Part shown: piece after piece, positions 55,100-64,000 of the stretch | Numbering within the stretch: the stretch's first letter is position 1 | How the letters are laid out: every line of letters begins with the position of its first letter | Source: Octopus sinensis | Taxonomy: Eukaryota | Assembly (NCBI RefSeq): GCF_006345805.1 | Contig: NC_042999.1 | Span: 25,110,001-25,174,000 of the forward strand | Direction of reading: 5' to 3' | DNA: 64,000 nt | Position numbers and translations under genes: made by a program | The notes under the pieces: generated by a model | Seen by the model: only the letters and a program-made list of their open reading frames with translations | The model's database searches: none | Told to the model about the DNA's origin: nothing

Positions 55100-55105
<6 letters not shown>
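54297..55105 (+). mobile_element. Non-coding, terminally redundant hammerhead element (retrozyme / Penelope-satellite-like), 583-bp monomer
   Basis: 207-bp direct repeats at 54316-54522 and 54899-55105 (one mismatch seen). 21-bp inverted 5' piece at 54297-54317. Internal hammerhead; ends in (TA)n. Confidence 0.75.
54722..54812 (+). ncRNA. Type I hammerhead ribozyme
   Basis: Stem I CCTACG/CGTAGG, CTGATGA at 54728-54734, 60-nt stem II closed by GAAA/TTTC, GAAA at 54795-54798, palindromic stem III ACGTACGT, GUC cleavage triplet at 54804-54806. Confidence 0.85.
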
Positions 55106-55171
<66 letters not shown>

Positions 55172-55310
55172 TGTATGTATGTATATATATATGGATTCAG
55201 TACTACCGAACTGAACTAAAAATTTCATTCCACCACAAGCAAGGGTTACAGAATCATGAAGATGCACATATCGTTGGATTTTGAATGGTTATGGATATTG
55301 TGGTTCATGT

Positions 55311-55396
55311 ATCCTTCTGATGAAAACGGTGTTTTTCTAACGATGTAATGTGTCCATTAATCAATTAAACATTCGTTGGAAACAGCTGTAGTGAAT
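55311..55396 (+). ncRNA. Degenerate type I hammerhead ribozyme
   Basis: CTGATGA at 55317-55323, stem II AACGGTGTTT/AAACATTCGTT, GAAA at 55379-55382, palindromic ACAGCTGT, GUA triplet. Stem I is mismatched. Confidence 0.5.
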
Positions 55397-55454
55397 TGAC
55401 ACACCCATCTCTGGTTATTTATTCCTATATATATGCATCATACACACATATACA

Positions 55455-55520
<66 letters not shown>

Positions 55521-55536
55521 TATATTATATATATAT

Positions 55537-56230
55537 AATCAAATAAGGGTAGAAATTGATATTAATCTATTAAAACCAGTGCCTAGCATATTTTTAAAAA
55601 TCCGGAGATTAAAAAGTGGACAGCCTTAATGCTAGATATATGCTATATCTAGCATATAGGTTGTCCACTTTTAGTGGTCGGCCCTCTAAATTTTGTATGT
55701 AAAAAAATTTTTAATTTCGGATTTTTTAAAAATATGCTAGGCCACTGGTTTTAATTGATTAATATCAATTTCTACCCTTATTTGATTTTAAATAAAAAAT
55801 TGTTCTCTAGCCGGTAAACTGACTGCCATAGTTTATTACCTGCAGAGTAATTTCCGATCTCAGCGCGCAAAAGTGAAGGCATTTGAAAGATACACATAAA
55901 TATAATTTGTAGAACTTTATACATACTGGATTTAGGTTGAGCGTTCTGTATCTAGTTCAGGAAATTGTGTTTTGTAAACGACAGACTATGCTGATGAACT
56001 TGCAGATGTTTACGTGTCCATATACGTAAATATTAACAAGTGAAATTTATTAGTACATAGGTAATCGTTTTTTATTTCGTATATTTTCATTTGCCTTGCT
56101 TATTTTTACACTTTGATTTTTTGCTGAATTTTTTCTTGAGAACACATTCTTCGTGGCAAATGGCAATTTTAACGTCTATATCTAGCATATAGGCTTTCCA
56201 CTTTCAATGCTCAGTCCTCAAAATTTGGCA
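55537..56230 (+). mobile_element. Second non-coding hammerhead element, 533-bp monomer with inverted 5' arm
   Basis: Inverted arm 55537-55640 vs 55644-55787. Direct repeat CTATATCTAGCATATAGG... at 55643 and 56176. (TA)n on both sides; internal hammerhead. Confidence 0.7.
55976..56070 (+). ncRNA. Type I hammerhead ribozyme
   Basis: Stem I CTATG/CATAG extended by AAACGA/TCGTTT, CTGATGA at 55991-55997, stem II ACTTG/CAAGT plus TTTACGT/ACGTAAA, GAAA at 56042-56045, short stem III, GUA triplet at 56053-56055. Confidence 0.8.
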
Positions 56231-56251
56231 TATATATATATATATATATAT

Positions 56252-56291
<40 letters not shown>

Positions 56292-57376
56292 TATATGTAT
56301 ATATGTATGCATATATATGTATGTAAGTATGTGTGTATGTACGTATGTTTGTATGCATGTGTGTGTGCGTATTGCTGAATGTTTATATACATAATTTAAT
56401 ACGCATACACGCATATGCATACATACACATATACATGCACATATAATAATACTAGTTATTGTAATGCTGGTAGTGGTGGCCTATACGGGAATGATGACAG
56501 TTATTGTGAATATGACAATAATTCTTTCGAACTTTGGTACTAGGCCAGCTATTTTGAGGAAAGGGGTCAAGTTGATTACATCGACCCCTGTACTTAATTA
56601 CTACTTATTTTATCAACAGCGAAAAGACGAAAGGCAAAGCCAACCTCGGCGGAATTTGAGCTCAAAACGCAAAATCGGAAGAAATGCCGCTAAACATTTG
56701 TCGAACATGGCAATAATGACATCAGATGTGACGTTGACAGTAACTAAAACGAGGACAATTACCATTCTGATGGTAATGAATTTGATGCCAAAGGTAACTC
56801 TTCTGTCACTTCTCTCTGCATTCTGCTGGTTACGATGATAGTGATGTGCTTTTCGAAAACTACCGATGCCTGTAGAATTTGCATCAATCTAATAATGTTG
56901 TTAACCTAATTCGAGAAAGAAGAAAAACCACCTGAAGCAGTTGTCGACGCTCAAACCATAGTCGTTCACACACTTTATTAACATTCAAATGAACACAACG
57001 GTTGTTTTCCACCTGAGGATGTTGATCAGCTGATGCAATGCTTAAGCACCAAGGAAAAATATTGATGCCTGACGTCCAACTTCGGTTTACGTTTCAGCCA
57101 TCATTTCATATTCGGTCACAGAAACGGACTGCGGAAAGAAGTGTCATGCTAAAGGCATCCATCTCAAGTACATCGATGTTTTCATTATCGTTGTTACTGT
57201 CAGAGTTCTCGATAATTCTCTGAATGAGTCAGGTCAATAGGTTCGAATCCACTTCCAAGTTCTTATCCATCTGAAGTTCTAGTCCGAACCCGACACCGAG
57301 TATTTTAACTTAGTAACAACCACCACGCTTACTAAAGGAATAAAGAACAAGAAAGCGATAACAATGACGATGCTAT

Positions 57377-57610
57377 TACTCTCTCTCTTTTACTTGTTTC
57401 AGTCATTTGACTGCGGCCATGCTGGAGCACCGCCTTTAGTCGAGCAAATCGACCCCGGGACTTATTCTTTGTAAGCCAAGTACTTATTCTATCGGTCTCT
57501 TTTGCCGAACCGCTAAGTGATGGGGACGTAAACACACCAGCATCAGTTGTCAAGCAATGCTAGGGGGAAAAATACACACACACAACACACACACACACAC
57601 ACACACACAC

Positions 57611-57642
<32 letters not shown>

Positions 57643-57814
57643 CATATATACGACAGGCTTCTTTCAGTTTCCGTCTACCAAATCCACTCACAAGGCATTG
57701 GTCGGCCCGGGGCTATAGTAGAAGACACTTGCCCAAGATGCCACGCAGTGGGACTGAACCCGGAACCATGTGGTTGGTTAGCAAACTACTTACCACACAG
57801 CCACTCCTGCGCCT
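57377..57814 (-). mobile_element. SINE family B (full length)
   Basis: Reverse complement of the family B sequence. Confidence 0.9.
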
Positions 57815-57990
57815 ATTGTTGATGATGTTGACGACGACGACGACGATGACCACTGTAATAATGATGATGAGGATGATGATGAGGATGGTGATTACACAGC
57901 AATTTCGAGGAGAAAAAGTAGTGGAAAACCAAGAAGGAGGAAGGCAGAGGGATTGAGAATAAGCTACAACAGCTGTAGCGTCTGCCACAA

Positions 57991-58022
<32 letters not shown>

Positions 58023-58287
58023 GGGGAAGCAGGGAGAGATGCAAATTATAAAAGTAAAAGAAGCCGGCAAGATAAAAAAAAAAAAAACAGAAATTGTGTT
58101 GAGAATGGCGTCATAAATTAAACGGCCATAAAAATACCTTTTCTGAGACATGAACGATCCTAGGTTACGATAAAATATATATATATACATACATGCATGC
58201 ATATATATATATATACATATGTACATGCATACATGAATACATACATACGTACAAACATACAGACATGAGTGTGTGTCTGCACAGATA

Positions 58288-58328
<41 letters not shown>

Positions 58329-58470
58329 ACATATATTGATAAAATATGCACATATATGTATATGTATATACATATATAAATATATATATGTGTGTACACG
58401 TATGTGCATATGTGTATATATATATATATGTATATACATTTATATGTATATATATATATGTATATTTATA

Positions 58471-58522
<52 letters not shown>

Positions 58523-58982
58523 CATATATATATGTATATATATATATATATATGTTTATATATATGTACGTATATATATATATATGTATATGATGCGTAT
58601 ATGTGTATATATGTGAGTGCGTGTGTGCATGTACCTGTACGCTTGTATATCATGTCGGACGCAGTAAATCTAAGATTATCATAAACTTCCTCTGGTGCCA
58701 AGTGTGGCCAACTCCCTCTGATATCGGCAATATGAGCGAATCTATAAGACGTAAACCATTAAAAGATTCTGTCTACTAGTTATGTGTATGCGTGCGTGGG
58801 TAAGCATGCACGTGTATGTATGTGTGCTTGTGTGTATGTGTGTCCATGGAAGTATGTGTTTGAGCATCCATAAACTTAAGCTAAAGAGATAAGTAACCGT
58901 TTACTTTGCTGACAAGCCAGTTAGACAGCTTGTTGTACTAACTATATTGTTCAGTAGCTGTTCAATATTACCGTAACTGTAA

Positions 58983-60468
58983 GACGGCGAGGAGCTGGCG
59001 GAACCGTTAGCACGCCGGGCGAAATGCGTAGCCGTATTTCGTCTGCCGGTACGTTCTGAGTTCGAATTCCGCCGAGGTCGACTTTGCCTTTCATCCTTTC
59101 GGGGTCGATAAATTAAGTACCAGTTACGCACTGGGGTCGATGTAATCGACTTAATCCGTTTGTCTGTCCTTCTTTGTCCTCTCTGTGTTTAGCCCCTTGT
59201 GGGTAGTAAAGAAATAGGTATTTCGTCTGCCACTACGTTCTGAGTTCGAATTCCGCCGAGGTCGACTTTGCCTTTCATCCTTTCGGGATCGATTAAATAA
59301 GTACCAGTTACGCACTTGGGTCGATGTAATCGACTTAATTCGTTTGTCTGTCCTTCTTTGTCCTCTCTGTGTTCAGCCCCTTGTGGGTAGTAAAGAAATA
59401 GGTATTTCGTCTGCCACTACGTTCTGAGTTCGAATTCCGCCGAGGTCGACTTTGCCTTTCATCCTTTCGGGATCGATTAAATAAGTACCAGTTACGCACT
59501 TGGGTCGATGTAATCGACTTAATCCGTTTGTCTGTCCTTCTTTGTCCTCTCTGTGTTCAGCCCCTTGTGGGTAGTAAAGAAATAGGTATTTCGTCTGCCA
59601 CTACGTTCTGAGTTCGAATTCCGCCGAGGTCGACTTTGCCTTTCATCCTTTCGGGGTCGATAAATTAAGTACCAGTTACGCACTTGGGTCGATGTAATCG
59701 ACTTAATCCGTTTGTCTGTCCTTCTTTGTCCTCTCTGTGTTTAGCCCCTTGTGGGTAGTAAAGAAATAGGTATTTCGTCTGCCACTACGTTCTGAGTTCG
59801 AATTCCGCCGAGGTCGACTTTGCCTTTCATCCTTTCGGGGTCGATAAATTAAGTACCAGTTACGCACTGTGGTCGATGTAATCGACTTAATCCGTTGTCT
59901 GTCCTTCTTTGTCCTCTCTGTGTTAGCCCCTTGTGGGTAGTAAAGAAATAGGTATTTCGTCTGCCACTACGTTCTGAGTTCGAATTCCGCCGAGGTCGAC
60001 TTTGCCTTTCATCCTTTCGGGGTCGATAAATTAAGTACCAGTTACGCACTTGGGTCGATGTAATCGACTTAATCCGTTTGTCTGTCCTTCTTTGTCCTCT
60101 CTGTGTTTAGCCCCTTGTGGGTAGTAAAGAAATAGTTATTTCGTCTGCCACTACGTTCTGAGTTCGAATTCCGCCGAGGTCGACTTTGCCTTTCATCCTT
60201 TGGGGGTCGATAAATTAAGTACCAGTTACGCACTTGGGTCGATGTAATCGACTTAATCCGTTTGTCTGTCCTTCTTTGTCCTCTCTGTGTTCAGCCCTTT
60301 GTGGGTAGTAAGGAAATAGGTATTTCGTCTGTCTATGTTCTAAGTTCAAATTCCACCGAGATCGACTTTCGGGGTCGATAGATTAAGTATCAGTTACGTA
60401 CAGGGGGTCGATCTAATCGACTGGCTCCATCCCCCAAAATTTCGGGCCTTGTGCCTAGAGTAGAAAAG
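58983..60468 (+). repeat. Head-to-tail SINE-A multimer: one tRNA head, 7 units of 182-184 bp, then a final unit with the alternative tail
   Basis: Units start at 59034, 59218, 59402, 59586, 59770, 59952, 60136 and 60320. Flanked by AATATTAC(C/T)GTAAC at 58964-58977 and 60469-60482. Confidence 0.92.
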
Positions 60469-61289
60469 AATATTACTGTAACAATCGCAATGAGGTGTTG
60501 GGTCACACATTTACATCTATTGATTTCGGTATTATTGACTCTGTTGTTGTTTTTGCTAAGTGTAAGTTCTAGATTAATCCTGCTCCAACAGAATTATGAT
60601 GAAATGGTTCAAGCTGTGAACATTTTATTTGTATCTTACTCCTGTGATATGCCAATTACTACATTCCACTATATGTCCTTCCGTTAATTGACACGTTACT
60701 GTGTATGTGTGTGTGCATGGTTGTTGATGCTTCAAAAATCTCAAAATAACATCGACACTAACAAAAAGACTCATCGGAATAACAGGGAACAGATCTTAAA
60801 CATTGAATTTCCATGTGATGTTAAAAACTTCTGTAAGAGTGTGGAGTAAAGACTCCTAGACAGACTGGTCGAGCAATTCCACCTTGTTCAAAAGCGAAAG
60901 TGATTAATTTCTCACACTTTTCTCTCTCCGATCAAAATGGTCTTACTTAGAGTAGGAAGCATAAATGCATGTAGCCTGGTGTTATCCAAAGAATTACCTT
61001 ATGCTAAAATATATAGCAGTGGTAACAGCCAGCGAGGCCAGAATTTCCGACACGCGGTCACCGACACCCATCTTTAATGGTTGCGAGATATGCGCCTCTT
61101 TTAGCCGACGGTGTGCATCTGATGGAGGAGCGGTTATGTTGTTCTGAAAGAGTTTGAATCTGAGGTACGGATGATCTTTCTGATCCTGGATGATGTCTTT
61201 AACCTTGGAATTAACCACTGCAAATGCGGTACTTTCAGATTAGCAGTCATCTATGCCCGAAAGAGGCACCAGTAGCCAATTCAGCCCAA

Positions 61290-62285
61290 ATAGTCTTTGA
61301 ATAAGTGTTGTTCAAGGATGTTGAACGAAATACACATGTATTCAGAGGTGAATTATTAAAACTCCAAAGAATTCCTCTCAACACTTAGCTATGATGTTCC
61401 CCCACTACTCCTGCTCGTGATCAGAGATGCAGATATCGTTAGCCACCAAAGGACATGCTCAACTGGTTAAAGCCAAACAACTGACAAGCAAATTTGTGGT
61501 ACTGAGGAGAATATTTGCTGTAGCCTATACCAAGACAAAACAATGTACATGATAAGACTTCCAATTAGTTAAGATCAGCAACCATGAGAGCCTGGTACTG
61601 CATTTTACCTCACATTTGCTTGGTAGTTTCAGGTTAATAAGCTCTGATATTGGGAAGCCAAGATAAAGCCTTTGGCCCTGAGCTCCGTACTTCTGGTCTA
61701 CATCACCTTGTTTTCTACGGGTTACACGTTGTCAAACAAAGGTTTTTGTTCCCACCTATCAGTTGTTCAAACGCCTTTTGCTTTGCTATTGATTTCAACT
61801 TCTTTGCAACAACAGTTGCTGCACTTCCACCATGCTGTTCAATCTGGGTATTATGCATAAACTCACTTGAAAATTATTTGCTCTCCTTCATAACAGACTG
61901 AAGCTTCTTACATCTTTCAGGATTTTCAACGAGCTTTAGCATCTAGTCGTTAGATGTTTCAAGATATTTTGCCAGTCTAATTGTAGTGGCTTTGTAGGAT
62001 ATTTCAAATTGGATCAAGCCTCGACCTCCTTGATTTCTGGATAGGTAAAGACGATCTTCGTCTGCCTCTGGGTGGTGCATCTTATTACAAGTCAGCAGCT
62101 TATGGATTTTCCAATCAATTTTCCTCCCTTGCCTCATATTCCAGTTCAACACATTGAAACTGTAAATAACAGCCGGAACTGTTAAGGAATTTATAGCTAA
62201 TACCTTGTTAAGTGCATTTAACTCGGATTTTAGGACTGCTCGAACTCTCCTGTAACACTCCTTCCTAGTTTTCTCTTTCATACAT
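61290..62285 (-). mobile_element. Dong/R4-like LINE fragment (RT thumb region joined to the 3' UTR)
   Basis: ECYRRVRAVLKSELNALNKVLAINSL.VP..IYSF...W...ID....HHP.AD.DRLYL.R..GGRGLI. 3' UTR shared with 42096-42649. The endonuclease domain appears deleted. Confidence 0.8.
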
Positions 62286-63309
62286 GCTGAATGGCAGAGC
62301 CCTCATTTGTTCCGAGGCATCTGTAAGTTTGTGCCTGCTCGAGTTCTTTTATGACGTAGTCTGGATGACGTTGTCTGGATGTTGAAGTCTGGATGTTGAA
62401 GTCTAGATGTAGAAGTTTGGATGTGTGTATGTATAAGTGGAAAGAAGGCATTAATTTGCCTCCCTGACTTTTCCAGTCCCTCCAACTGATTATTTTGAGT
62501 CTAAGGTAATTCTAAAATATAATATATTGCATACACATCTTTTGCACAGGAATTACTGTAGAGAAGGTTTTCGTCAACATTTTAGAAACTCTTTTATTGA
62601 AGGAGCATATGCGTCCTTCCTCACATCGATATGCCGCCACCTATCTCTCTTTCTGTTTCTCTTCATAGAACAGATGAAACTGCGCGTAAATGTTCCAAAG
62701 AACGGGTGACCTTAGCCAATTCTGAGTGATTTTCTCACTGCTGATCTGGTTCTAAATAAGTATTTTATTCGGCGTGGTTTGATTTCTATAATAGAGAACA
62801 AAAATTGCTAATCTCTTTATCTTTCATTCAGCTTATAATCTTAATCGTCTGAATTTCAATTTATTATGAAAAAAAGCAAAAACAAAAGGAGAAAAAAATC
62901 TTGATACGCATTTTTTTTACGTCATTTCAAGTTCTGTATGCCGTGATGTTTGAGATTAGCAAGGATAATTTGAAAATCATAAAGAATATTATTAAGCATT
63001 TTAAGGTATTTTTTTGTATGTATTTTCTTGTTGAACAACAATCATTTTGTTCTCTATTTTTAGAGTGTGGTAGTTCTCTGCTTATATGGAGAGAAGATAA
63101 ACCCTAAACAAATATCCATTTCTGAAGAAATTAATATTTTCTGAGACTCTAATACACAATAAATATGAAAAAGAAAATAATGTATAGTGTAGTATATTTA
63201 TAAATACAAAACATATATGCCCTTACTGTGGAATAGGTGAATATTGAAATCTCCGAAGGCTTAAGATATTTTAACACTTTCCACTTTTGTTATTTTTTGC
63301 TTCATGCTC

Positions 63310-63790
63310 TTGCTTAAGGTGACTGGAATCATTCCAAGGTGGTTGTCCCCGAGGCGCCATCGTGCGTAGAGCCGACCAGGTCTACCAGTGGTCCCCATTA
63401 TTGGCGGTCCCGTGCCAGCCCCTATACATCTTCCAAGAAAATGTCAAGCCTCTGGAGATTTTGCTTAATCACGTCCGTCCAACTGGTGCGGTATCTGTTA
63501 CGGGACTTCTTCCAGCCCGCAGCTTCTTTATCGAATGAGAGTAAGGCCCTGGTAGGATTATCTGGAAGTAGGCGTAAGACGTGTCCGTACCAGCGCATGC
63601 AATAGATGGGTGGTTGCAGGCTGATGCGTCAGTGCACGCATTTCATTGTTGGAAACATGATGGTATCATCTGATGTTCTCAACGATTCTCATCACCATGG
63701 AAATCGCCTGCCTCCCTGCCTGCCTCGGACGCCTTGAACATCTTCAGAAGTAGCTCTGATAACGAAACGAGTGGCCAACAGAGAAAACGT
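63310..63790 (-). mobile_element. RTE-clade LINE 3' fragment
   Basis: Minus-strand MRWYGHVLRLLPDNPTRALL...GWKKSRNRYRTSWTDVIKQNL...LARDR. Confidence 0.75.
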
Positions 63791-64000
63791 GTAGCCACAT
63801 GGGGAAATTTCGGCCGATAATGCTCGCAGCTGACTGAAATATCTTTATTCATATAACAGAAGTATTTCAAAATACCACTGCAAGAACAAGAAACATTGCT
63901 TAGATTATGAAGTAGTAACTGTCACTTTGCTCCAGGTAAGCCCTGTTTGCGTGAATCGAAAACGTTTCCCCGTTCCCATTGCATTACTTCACTTCTGATA

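Noticed and set aside
57815-58060. Acidic/poly-Q coding exon
   Set aside because: Mostly (GAT)n, (GAC)n and (CAG)n repeats without convincing splice sites or homology.
58983-60468. Tandem array as a CRISPR array
   Set aside because: The units are near-identical over their whole 184 bp with no unique spacers, derive from a SINE, and there are no cas genes in this eukaryotic DNA.
60870-61000. BEL/Pao pol fragment (DQNGLLRVG-like)
   Set aside because: A single short motif with frameshifts is insufficient to call.

Overview
This is a repeat-dominated, AT-rich animal genomic window, not a prokaryotic one. The SINE, LINE and microsatellite repertoire looks like octopus/cephalopod DNA (inference from remembered repeat families, not checked). 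No host gene can be called confidently, and almost all ORFs in the track are microsatellite or SINE translation artefacts. Supported content: three tRNA-derived SINE families in many copies; a 5'-truncated L1/Tx1-clade LINE sitting in a (TATC)n array; Dong/R4-like and RTE LINE fragments; a decayed Penelope-like element (RT + GIY-YIG); a nested, decayed Gypsy LTR element; mariner, piggyBac-like and 8-bp-TSD MITEs; a non-autonomous Helitron; and a 100-N gap. Four observations stand out. (1) At 54.3-56.2 kb there is a cluster of small non-coding, terminally redundant elements, two of which carry a well-paired type I hammerhead ribozyme, with a third degenerate ribozyme between them (retrozyme/Penelope-satellite-like). 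They appear related to fold-back palindromes embedded in (TA)n elsewhere in the window. (2) The Tx1-like LINE appears to target (TATC)n. (3) It shares a ~43-nt 3' tail with SINE family A. (4) An 8-unit SINE-A multimer is enclosed by one apparent TSD, and its junctions fall exactly at a hairpin loop in the tRNA head. Alignments and coordinates were read by eye, so element ends may be off by a few bases.
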